A stretch of 64,000 bases of DNA, taken from Vicugna vicugna. Taxonomy: Eukaryota. The position numbers and the translations under genes were made by a program. The notes below the pieces were generated by a model. It had not been told where the DNA came from. It made no database searches and was given only the letters and a program-made list of their open reading frames with translations. Below are positions 12,931 through 24,145 of the stretch, piece by piece. The stretch lies in contig MU058065.1 in NCBI GenBank assembly GCA_013265495.1, positions 5,430,976-5,494,975 on the forward strand, read 5' to 3'. How positions within the stretch are numbered: position 1 is the stretch's first letter; each line of letters starts with the position of its first letter.

Positions 12931-13074
12931 ATCACAGCCCCAGAACTGCCTCTACCTAAAATTGCCATAACTCGAGGCAAAGGTTAATAAAGCACCTCCA
13001 CGCTGCTGGCCCCCCGATGCTCCCACCTAGAAGTTCATGGAGCCCTTGAAACCTGTATCCACCACCTTGGGTTA

Positions 13075-13205
13075 TCTGTCCTCTTCAACTAGCTAGTGAA
13101 CATTCCGAGCCAGGCATGTCCCAATCACCTTTCTATCCTCACCGCTTGTGGCAGAACCTGCCAACTGGCAGACAATGAATATGTGTTTATTAAATAAATG
13201 ATGTA
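13075..13205 (+). mobile_element. L2 3' end
   Basis: CTTGTGGCAGAACCTG...AATGAATATGTGTTTATTAAATAAATGA tail. Confidence 0.6.
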
Positions 13206-13334
13206 GAATTTGATGCCTAGGGAGTTTGTCACTTGCCCAAGATGGCACAGCTAATTAGTAACAGAAGCAATTCAAGTCTCACATTTCCCAGCCTGCTATG
13301 TTTCCTTCTCAGTGCCGCGAAAGGAGTTCAAGAT

Positions 13335-13560
13335 GATTACTAATGGCTTCCACTGATTGAGGACTTGTTATGTGCCATGTCCCCAGCCCAGAACTAGGCA
13401 TATATTGTTAATCTAATCTTCATCACAGCCTAGAAGATAGATAGTCCCCATTTTAGAAATGTCGAACCCATAGCCCAATCTGTCCAAAGTCACAGAGCAA
13501 GGAAACCTGCAGAGCTGGCCCCAAAGCCCATGCTTCCAGCCGCCAGCACTGCCTCCTTCA
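13335..13560 (-). mobile_element. MIR SINE
   Basis: ACTTGTTATGTGCCA...TAATCTTCATCACAGCC...CCCCATTTTAGAAATG...CCAAAGTCACAGAGC. Confidence 0.75.
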
Positions 13561-14589
13561 TGATCAATAGGAACCACACACATTTGCAGGCAGGAATCCA
13601 AAACGGCACAAGACCCTGACGTGACTAATAAGTTGTTGATGCATTTTTTTGAAGATTTGAAAGTGTTTCCTTTTGGTGAGAATTTTACAGAAAAAAAATC
13701 AGAATCAAGTTAAAAGTCAGAAGGGGGAGAAAAACGGAAGTCTGGAGGAGATGTCTACCTGTTTAAAGAGTCTTAAGGCACAACCTGAAGTCCTTTAGGG
13801 ACAGGAACATACAGGGAGAGGCAAACGCTGTCCACGAGTCAGCAAGACCCAAGGGATTCTGGGAGCAGCTGTCTGCTCTGGGCCTTAGTCCTGTGAGATT
13901 AGTCATTTAAGAGGTTCATAAAAATAAGTAAACAAACTTTCAAAAGGCCTGACCTACATCTTCCTCTAAAAAGCCAGCAAGGAGCTCCTGCTAAGAGATT
14001 GTCACAAACACACAAAGAATCACGTTACTACCACAGGAGACTCTTCCCTACAGCTTGGAAATGTGATCTTTTCTGTTCAAATGTGGTTGACTACAAAACA
14101 GATTATTCTTTCCTTAAAAGGGCAAAGCGACTGCTTTGTGGCTAGTGCAAACAGGTTTTATCCTGGCTGATGCAGAGTCTGCTTGTGCCGGACTGGACCC
14201 AATCACCCAAACCAGCCAGCGTCTGGGCTGATTCCCCCTACCTTATCGAGACAGTCGGATCATGTGGGCTTTTGTGACCTGAGCACCAGGACACCAAATG
14301 CTGGTCTTGAGGTTCAAGATCCACAAGCAGGAAAAGGAACCACAAGCAGATTGGAATCGTACTGACTCCCAATGTCATGGACTATTCGAGCAAACAGAGC
14401 CAAGGATGATTCACTCCAGTGTCCTCATTTTGGAGATGAGGAGACAAAGGCCCAGAAAGCAGTGACTGGTGGCCTTGTGAACCATTTAAGAAAAGGGGCT
14501 GCATTACATCAGGGTCTTGGGCCCACAGGCGCCAATCCAGCAGAAGTTCCATGTTTGCTGTTGTTTTAAATTGGAATTGGTTGCAAACA

Positions 14590-16180
14590 TTAAAAAATTA
14601 GGAGGTTCAGTGTGGCAGTTCCTAAACAGAGGATTACCATATGGCCCGGCCACTCCACTTCTGGGCATATACCTGTGAAATAGTAAATAAATATATTCAT
14701 GTCTATTCCCAGCTCCTGGCATAGAGTTCCTAAAACTGTTGTAATCTCCTAAGTGATAAGCGGACCAGGCACATTTTTGTTGTTGTTCTGATATTTGGTC
14801 TTTGGTCCCAGTTTGTGACACAGAAATCTTAAATCCCTTGGAATTTCCTGGATGACAGGAGTGTCTTTTGTACTAACGGGGTGACTCCTGGTGGGCTTCT
14901 TCATAGCTTCAGAGTGGGGACTGGTCACCAGAAAGACAAGCCATGATTAGGAACTTGAAACTTTCCACCTCACTCCCTATCCTCTGGGAAGAATTAAGTT
15001 AATGATTGTGATAAAGTCTCCAATAATCTACATGATACTACTACATGATAAAGTCTACATGATAGACTTTGATCTATCATGATAAAGTCTACATGATTGT
15101 AGACTACATGATAAAGTCTCCAATAATCCCCAAAGTATGGGGTTTAAAGAGCTTCTGGGTTGGTGCACACATCCACGAGCCAGGAGAGAGTGAAACGGCC
15201 CAACTCTGTGGGAACAGAAGCTCCAGGGCTCAAGACCCCTCTGAACCTCACCCCGTGTATCTCTGCATCTGTCTGTTCATCTGGATCCTTGTCTATATCC
15301 TTTATCGTATCAGAAAAATAGTAAATGTCAGTAAGTGTTTCCCTGAGTTCTATGAGCTGTTCAAGCAAATTATCACACCCAAGGAGGGGTTCATATGACT
15401 CTGATTTATACCTGGTCAATCAAAAGTACAGGTGACAATGTGGGACTTGTGACTGTGTCTGAGGCAGAAGGGGACAGCCTTGTGGGACGGAGCCCGTAGC
15501 CTGCAGGATGTGCACTAACTCGTTAGTGTCAGAAGTGAATTGAATTGTAGGACATCCAGTTGGTGCGGGGGGAGAAAACCCACACGACTGACGTCAGAAG
15601 TGAAGTACCGTGTGTGGTGGCAGTGTGAGAGCAAGGGAGGCAACAGTGCATTCCCCAAAAGAATGGGAAACAGGCCAAACAGAGATTTGCACCCCCATCT
15701 TCAGAGGACCATTCTTCACATTAGCCAAAAAGCAGAAGCAAACCAAGCACTCCTCAACAGATGAATGGATAAACAAAATATGCTAGGTACACACAGTGGT
15801 GTATTATTCAGCTTCAAAAAAGAAGGAAATTCTGACACACACTACAACATGGGTAAAACCTGAAAACATCCCACTAAGTGAAATTAGGCAGTCAGAAGAG
15901 GACAAATATTATACGATTTCACTTGTATGAGGTCCCTAGAATAGTCAAATTCATAGAGACAGAAAGTAGAATGGGGGTTGCCAGGGACTGAGAGAGAGGG
16001 AAATGGGGAGTTAATGTTCAATGGGTACAGAGTTACAGTTTGGGAAGCTGAAAAATTTCTGTGGATGGATGGTGGTGCTGGTTGCACAACAAGGTGAACG
16101 TACTTAATGACAGTGAACCGGACACTGAAAAATGGTTCAAATGAGAAATTTTGCTATACATATCTGACCACAATTTTTAA
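14590..16180 (+). mobile_element. L1MB-type L1 3' end, split by a MER21 LTR
   Basis: CCACTTCTGGGCATATACC | CCAAAAGAA continuity across the insert; ACAGATGAATGGATAAACAAAAT; ATAGTCAAATTCATAGAGACAGAAAGTAGAATGG L1MB 3' UTR. Confidence 0.9.
14674..15650 (-). mobile_element. MER21-family solo LTR inserted in L1MB (orientation tentative)
   Basis: TG...CA termini; AAATCCCTTGGAATTTCCTGG, GGTCACCAGAAAGAC, GTAAGTGTTTCCCTGAGTTCT, GTTAGTGTCAGAAGTGAATTGAATTGTAGGACA MER21 blocks; approximate 4-bp TSD TACC/TTCC. Confidence 0.8.
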
Positions 16181-16377
16181 AAGTTAGAAGTGCCCACATA
16201 AATATCCAAACTTCCCGGGTCTTTTGGAAAATAGAAGATCAGGTAACACCGGGCTCACATTGCTGCAGGGATCTGCAGAGCATCTGCCCCCTTCAGACAG
16301 AGCAGACCCCCACCAGCTTTGCCTGGCCACCTCCTCTCCGACTCCACCCACCTCCCTTACCAGGTAGGCTCCCGAGG

Positions 16378-16745
16378 CCACGGGTTCCCAAACTTGGCTG
16401 CACTTTAGAACCAAGAGCAGGGGTTTCAAAAAATACCTGGTACCAGGCTCCACCCCAGATAATTAAGTCAGAGTCCCTGAGGGTAGGGCCCAGGCATTGG
16501 TCATTTTTAAAAGTTCCTAGGGGGCTCTAGTGTATATCAAGAACTGTGGTCCACTAACCCAGAGGTCGGGGTGTCAGGCTTGACAGCACATCGGCACCAC
16601 CTGGGGCGGGCGGAGCTTAAGAACTGCCGATGTCTCTTCCCGTGGATTCTGACTGAACTGGTACGGACTGTGGCTGAATATCCAGGAGCCTTTAACGTTC
16701 ACTGGGTGATGACTGAATATCTAATAAAGATGAAGAATTACTGCC
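16378..16745. mobile_element. Two adjacent MER5-type hAT MITE relics
   Basis: GGTTCCCAAACTTGGCTGCAC...CCACCCCAGATAATTAAGTCAGA...CCCAGGCATTGG, followed by a second more decayed copy. Confidence 0.65.
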
Positions 16746-16883
16746 GTGGGCATCTGAGTTTACATCCCCAGCAACAGAAAACACAGCCCTGGTTTATCTT
16801 GCCTCCCCACCCTGCCAAATTAAATACCTAAATAGAACATATACTATTACTGCATGCTATCTCTTTCTGTATGTGTGTACATA

Positions 16884-16884
<1 letters not shown>

Positions 16885-16923
<39 letters not shown>

Positions 16924-16938
16924 ATACACATACACATA
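16885..16938. repeat. (CA)n microsatellite
   Basis: Long CA run seen directly. Confidence 0.95.
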
Positions 16939-18689
16939 TGTGAGTTCTGTGAGATCAGTAATTTAAGGGACTCATAAATAAAAGGAAACAAATCATGGCA
17001 CACACACACACTCCATCAGCCATCTTACTCTCCACAATTAACTCCAAATTCACCCGAGACCAAAGATAAACCATCCCTGAGGCTGAGGGAACAGTGTTCA
17101 CACTGAAGTTTAGTGATGAATATTTCAGTAATTGTAGCTTCTTTGGAACTGGAAACAAAAACTACTATTTTTGAGCACATACTGCACCCCCACACTTTTC
17201 TGAGTCATCATCTCATTTAATCCTCCCAGTGACACCGTGAGGAAGACACTGTCCTTTCCATTTCAGATGAGTTAAGTGCAGGTCTTTACTACACAGTGAT
17301 GACTTTGAAGGGAACACCACTCCTCTGAATTATTTGTTAAGTTCTGGAATGTTTTTTAAAATCAGCCATAATCTTTTACAATCACACCTTGTTTGTTCCC
17401 AAAATGTTCCATTAAATAGGATTTTTGTAATGTGATTCTCATTTTAAAGGCATTCTGGGAATTTGGCATTTTTAGGGAACACTTCAGAGAAACTTTTCAT
17501 AAAACAAATGACCCTTTAGCACTGTGAACTCCTAATGACGCTGTTTTGTGAGTTAGGCATCGCGAACTTAGAGCTGGTTTTCTTGCAGTATACTCATTCT
17601 ATTTCCAAAGTGTATCTCAAAGAGTGTGTGCATGGAGAAGATTTACGAAAGTAAGTGTTCTGAATAAAAGTAATAAGCTTCCAAGGTCTACCCTCTAACA
17701 TAACAATAATCGTGATAAAGAGGTTTTAAGTTTCTTTCTTCTCTCAATTTTCCAGCTGCAAAATTTAAGTCTTTCCTTCCTCTCTGAGGGATGTCTGAAT
17801 CTAACAGAATTTAAGACCACATCTCTCCGTCCTACCTAAATGGCCTTTCTATAATCAATTTTCCATCACTGTGGCAGATGGGCTGACTGTCTGCTGAGAG
17901 GCTGGAGTGATGTGGTTGGCTAAAATAACAGCACGGGCCATCCCGAACTCAACTGGCTGTTCTGGGCTCCACCGTTCGTAACACAAGAACCACCTAATTG
18001 AGCTGAAAGCAGTCTAGCTGGCTGTACCATAGACAGAAAAACAGACAGAGGCCCAGAACTTTAGAACAGAATGTTCCTTCAAAAAGCTAACTGGAAAGTA
18101 ATTTATTCTACAAGTTAGCAACCAACTACAGCTGTTACGGCCTCAGGGCCTAACAGAGGTAACCTCTCAGGAGCAACTGGTAAGAGAAGGGGGTGGAATA
18201 CAGAATAAATTTCACCACAGGGCTAAACTTAGGAGAAGATGCATTTTAAAGTATGGGCAGCCCTCACTCAGAGGCTGACTTCTGAGCTGTTAGAACTCAG
18301 AATTTCACCAGTGGTGGTTACATTCCCTAGACAGCCCAGAAGCGCTGATTTAATCCTAAATGCCCTGGAAGAGAGGCACAGATGCTCGCTCTGCTCAGGT
18401 CCAGGATGACGGAGGTGGTATGTGATATTGAAACAGGGAAAGGAGGAAGGGAAGAGGTCAGAGAGGAGGAGGCGGGGTGGAGGGCAGAGAGATGCTGGCT
18501 GAAATAAAATTCTGAAAAATTAAACATTTATGTTGCACATGTCTCTACTTCACTTTCTAAACTACATTTCCAATACTTGCCCAAGTTGACACTCAGGCCT
18601 AACCCTCTCCCCACCAGTGGCTAAAAATTCACCTGCATCTGCTTAAATCAGAGCCCCACTGGGAACAGGGGAGAAGATACTATCAGACT

Positions 18690-21600
18690 AACCCTCTCAT
18701 AGCTAGCAACTATGAACTCGTGATAAAATATAAAAATTAACCGTAAGGCTCTGGGGAGCAACCAGAGCAGTGAGAAAACGAAGAATGGTGGGGGAGCCTC
18801 ACTTAGAGGAGCCCAGAGTGCTGCTAGCTGTCTGCCTCAGGACCCAGTCAGAGCTAGGCCAGGCTGCTAAAACTGGAACAGAAAATCGTCAGTCTACTCA
18901 CTTGAAGAATGAGTAGACAGAGTTTGCAGTGACAAGAGCAGCTGGACAAAGACAGGGGAAATCCTAGGAAGGAGGGAGCTAAAGAGGGTGCCCTGAATTT
19001 TGCATGTTCTGCCCACATCTCTGGCTCAGCACTGAATGGCATGTGTACAGGGCAGATGCCAGGGAACTCAGCCAAGGCTAAAAGAACTGAACAGATATTT
19101 TAGCTCCTGCCAATTCAGAGGAGAGAGAGTTTAGAGCCCAGTTAATGCTGCTAACAGAAAAAATTAAGACTCTTCAAAGGAAGAGAACAGAGTTCAGAGC
19201 CTCTACAACACATTACTTGCAAAATGTGTGCAGAAGACAACCTGAAGTTACTAGCCATATCATGATATAGGAAAGTGTGATCTGTACTCAAAAGAAATGG
19301 CCATCAGTAGTAACTGACTCCAAGATGGCTCGGGTGCTAAAATCAGTACATAAGCATGCTAAAGTGGTTTCTATAATGGTGCTCATAGACAGAAAGGGAA
19401 AATAGCTTATAATGAATGAACAAATAGGTAATTTCAGTAGACAAATAGAAACTATTTTGAAAAACTGAAATTCAAGTACGGAAAAACACAACATCAGAAA
19501 TTCAAAAATTCACTAGATGGGTTTAACAGAATACTGGAGATAACAGGATAAAAATTCAGTGAACTTGAAGATGAATCTGTAGAAATAATCCAATCTGAAA
19601 AACAGAGGGGAAAAACGTGACTGGAAAAAGGACCGATATCAAAAGATCTAATATACGTGTAATTGGAGTTCTTGAAGGGAAGGCGGGAGGACATGGATAG
19701 AAAAAAAATATTTCACACTATAAGGATCAAAAATTTCACAAATGTGGGGAAAGATATAAATCTGCAGAGCCAAGAAGCTCACTGAACACAAGAAAAACAA
19801 ACCTACGTACGTAGGACTCAAACTGCTGAAATTAAAGCTGAAGTCTTGAATGCAGCCAGAGAAAAACAACACATTACCCACAGGGAAACAATATTATGAA
19901 TTACTGCTACTCCTGATCAGAAGAAAATGGATGACAAAACTAGTGATACAACTTCTTTAATGAGCAGAAAAAGAAAAATATTTCCATCCAGGATATATAT
20001 AACCAAAAATATTCTGCAAAAAGGAAGGGAAAATACAGACATTTTCAGATATATTAAACCCAAGAGAATCCATCACCATCAGATCTACGTTACAAGAATG
20101 TTAAAGGAAATTACTCAGGCTGAAAAGAAATAACAGCAAGTGAAATGTGAGTCTTTAGAAAGGAATTAATAGTACCATAACTGGTAAATATGTGGGTAAA
20201 AAATTATATTTTCTTCTGAATTTATTTAAAATATATAGGACTAAAGCAAAAAATTATGGCACCTATTTGTTGTGGGGTTTATAACACGTAGATGCAATAT
20301 ATATGATAACCATGGCATAAAGAATGGAGGATAAGGGTAAACAGACCAAAAATCTGCAAGGTTCTTTTTTTTTTTTTCCGCAAAATAGTACTATTTTAAC
20401 TCCATGTAAATAGGCTGTGAAAAGTTGAGGATGTAATTGTAATCCCTAGAAGAGCCACATATATATATATACCTCAACAAAGGTAGAAGGTGGTATCCAT
20501 TCTTATTCCGAAAAAAATAAGAGCATAATTTCACAGAGAGAATCCTACAAAAATGTTCACAGCAGCTTTATTCATAATAACCACAAATTGGAAATGGCGC
20601 TGTTCAAGCGCCTTAACAGAGCAATGGCTGAGTAACCTGTGGTCTATTCAGACAATGGAATACCACCCAATAATAAAAGGAAAGAGCTACCGAGCCATGC
20701 AACATCAAGGAAACTCAAAAACATTACCTGAGTGAAGTTCCAGAAGAAGCTAAATTTGTCTAGAGTAAAAATAAAAAGGAAAAAAAAAACATGAATAGGA
20801 CAAGGTCTGACTGAGAAAGGGAATAAGGGAACCTTCTGGGGAGACGGTAATGTTATGCATCTTAACAGGGGTTTGTATTCCACAGGTGTTTGGATTTGTC
20901 AAAACTCATGGATAGCATGCTTAAGATTTGTGCATTTCACTACATATAAATTTACCATAAACATATAACAAGTTGGAGCATAAACAAATACTGAACTCAA
21001 GTTAATGACATCCATATTGAGGTACATAGCGGGAAGTATACTGGTGTCTTCAACTTATTTTGAAATGCATCCAAAAAGAAAAAAAGAGAGAAAGAGAGAG
21101 GAACTGATGAATGGCTAGAAAAATGAATAGATCAATAGATGCATGATAAAACAAAATAATAATCTTAAAACATAGGTGGTAGTTTATGGCAGGCTGATTA
21201 ATGCTCCCCCCAATCCCACAAAAGTCCACATCCTATTCCCTGGCCTAGCACCTCTACTTGAGAATATGTTACATTATGTGGCAAAAGGGACTTTGCAGGT
21301 ATGATTAAGAATCTTGACATGGGAAGAGTATCCTGGACTATCCATGTTGACCCAATGTAATCATGAAGCCCTTAAAGAGGGAGGCAGGAAGGCTAGAAGC
21401 AGAGAAGGTGATGTGAACACAGGAGCGGAGGTCAGAATAACATGACCACAAACCAACTGATCAGTGCATCCTTTAGAAGCTGGGAAAAGCAAGGAATAGA
21501 TCCTCTCATAGACCTTCCAGAAGGAACACAACCCTGCTGACACCTTGATTTTAGCCTTATAAGACTCATTTCAGACTTTTGACCACCAGAACTGTGAAAT

Positions 21601-21755
21601 AACATGTTTGAGTCCTTTTAAGCCAGGAAGTGTGTGGTCTTTTGTTACAGCAGGCAACAGGAAACTCATACATAGATACAAGGCTGCTCTCTGCACAATT
21701 TTTCAACTTTTCTGCATATTTGGCAATGTTCATGACAAGAGGTTGAAGTGAAAAA
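18690..21755 (+). mobile_element. Old L1M element: 5' UTR, ORF1 remnant and 3' UTR, with internal deletions
   Basis: ORF1-like remnants 19400-20135 (GAACTTGAAGAT...AATAATCCAATCTGAA; ...MLKEITQAEKK); ORF2 C-terminal remnant 20553-20735 (MFTAALFIITTNWK). Confidence 0.8.
21185..21672 (+). mobile_element. MaLR solo LTR MLT1C/D-like, inserted in L1
   Basis: GGCAAAAGGGACTTTGCAG, CCTGCTGACACCTTGATTTTAGC, end GGAAACTCATACA; approximate 5-bp TSD TAGTT/TAGAT. Confidence 0.88.
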
Positions 21756-23394
21756 TAAAAAACCTCCCATCAGCCAAAGGTAGGAATTAGGTTAAAGGTG
21801 AGCAAACTGAACTATTTAACATTAACATCTGATTGCCTAACAACCTCCCAACTCTTCCAGAGTTATTTACAAGTTTTAAGCAGAACCCCGATTCTAGTCA
21901 TTAGAATTCATAGTTGCCCATATATTGGTAAGATTATAATAGGTAGGGGGGAAAGTGAAGTAAAATTTTCTGGAAAATGTAGAAGAAAGCAATGTTGTTA
22001 TTTAAAGAACCCACCACATGCAGAGGTCAGCCTGGCCTGGCAGCTCTTCTGCGTCCTGTCTCTAACGTATTACACTAGTTTATTCTTCTTCTGCTTGTGA
22101 ACCCACAGGTGCTCCAGAGCTTTCAAGTTCCATAGTTACTATTCATTGTTTTTCTCCCTCTGAAGAATCCAGGAACCGAAGGAAGAATGTAGGATGCGGG
22201 TAGGGATAGGCAGCAACTGTTTGAATGACTGGATTAATAATTAACAATATATATGTTTAAATTGAGTGCATATGAATCAGGGACCCGCTGTGTTAGAGAA
22301 AATCAGGCTCTTCTCTACCCCGATAAAAACAGGCTTTGGTCTTGGGGATTTTTTAATTGGTTCTCTGGGGGGGCGGTTTTTTGAGATTTTGATTACCCAA
22401 ATCTGGAAGTCAGTCTTCACTGCATCATTCTAAAAGTGCAAACTGCCTTTGAAAAGAACAGTAAAAATGCATACCAAAGAGAAAACAAAAAAGCCGGAGA
22501 AGCTTAAAGTCGATTTTGAAATGTATGGTTTCAAAGTGGCAAACAAAAACTTAAACAAAAATTTTAAAGAAAGTTTATAGCCCCAGCCATGGATAAAAAT
22601 AGAAATCAGAGTCATGCATGGAAGAAACTCACACACAGCCTCTATAGAGCTGTGTTCTCAGGAAGGGAGAGATCTGATTTCTCAAAATCTGTTTTTCAAG
22701 CAAAATGAATACAATATCTCAAATATTTTATCGTAAGTGCCAAACATGGCAGATGGCATTTGCATGGAGATTATATAATCACACTGAAAACCAACCATAA
22801 AGTTCTAAGAATATCCACAGAGTGAAAGCACCTCCACCTCATCCCCGCCCTCATCAGCATGGCTCTCCTACAGAGAGGACCCATGGTATTCGAAGCCCAG
22901 AAAGAAATGCAATTGGGAGAATTCCATTCCTCTGGCTCAAGACTCAAACTTGAATCAAGAGTTCAGTCAGGGCCAGTGTTTTCTCATTATCAGAGACACC
23001 CAAAACCCTTTGGTTTTAACCCAACATAGCCACTGAATTTGAATACAAAGGACGTAAAGCCAAGAAAGGTCTACGTACTTTGTAGAAACTTGCATATCAT
23101 TCTCATGAAACACTCAAATTTTCAATTCGATTCGATATTTTTAAGCACCAATTATATCTTCAGCATTCACTTTACATTTTGGTTACAGCTTGGCTTGAGT
23201 AGTATTTCAATATATGTTCTGGATAAATGAATTCATGAATGAGTGAAGTTATGTTTTAAGATGTGGTCTTGTTCTCTAATGGAACATGAGGGAAAGTCTT
23301 TTTCCCTCAAAAAGATGACAAGCTGCTTCTTTTTCTAAGGAGCCAACCTTCATCCCACGGCACCTAACAAAGGTGGCACATTGAGCCACCTCTT

Positions 23395-24145
23395 ATTAAA
23401 TCAGCTTTATGGAGCTGCAACTTACATCAAATAAAATTCACCAATTTTAAGAGCACACTTAGATGAGTCTAATAAATGGTTAGTCATTGTTACAACCAAG
23501 ATCCAAGAAACTGCCATTATCCAAAGTTTTCTCCTGCCCCTTTGCCATTGACCTCATCTCCCTACTCTCTGGTCCAGGAAACCACTATCACTACCATTTC
23601 ACCTTTTCTAGAATTCATTTAAACTTGTTCATACAGTAGATAGTCTTTTGTGTCTGGCCTCTTTCCCTCATCATAATCTATTTGAGATTTATCCACATCA
23701 TTGTATATATCAACAGTTTATTTATTTTTATTTTTGAGTAGTATCCCTTTGGGCGGATGTCCCATAATTGATGGGTACCTGGAATGTTTTCAGTTTTGAA
23801 CAGAATGAATAAAGCAGCCATGGATATGCTAGCCCAAGTCTTTGCACGGACATATGTTTTCTGTTCTTTTGGGTTAATTCTTCGGAGTGGAGTTGCTGGG
23901 TCATATGGTAAGTGTATATTTGACTATAAGTAGCCAAATTTTTTCCCAAAGAGGCTATAATATTTTGCATTCCCACCAGCAGTGTATGAGAATTTCCGTT
24001 GTTCCACGTTGTCATCAATACTCGGGATGATCAGTCTTTAACTTTAGACACGCTGGTGGGTGTAGAGTGGTATCTCATTTTGTAGTTTTCGTTTGTATTT
24101 CTCAAGTGACTAATGACATTGAATACCTCTTCAGGTTCTTGACAG
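23395..24145 (-). mobile_element. L1MC/L1ME 3' end
   Basis: TTGCTGGGTCATATGGTAAG, TTTTGCATTCCCACCAGCAGTGTATGAG are the reverse-strand L1 ORF2 end. Confidence 0.85.

Noticed and set aside
15009..15128. CRISPR-like repeat-spacer array
   Set aside because: Mammalian DNA; the 'spacers' are themselves copies or inversions of the repeat, spacing is irregular, and there are no cas genes
22060..22200. Plus-strand acceptor (CTAAC...CCACAG|) and possible exon
   Set aside because: Weak donor, no recognisable peptide, no other plus-strand exon evidence
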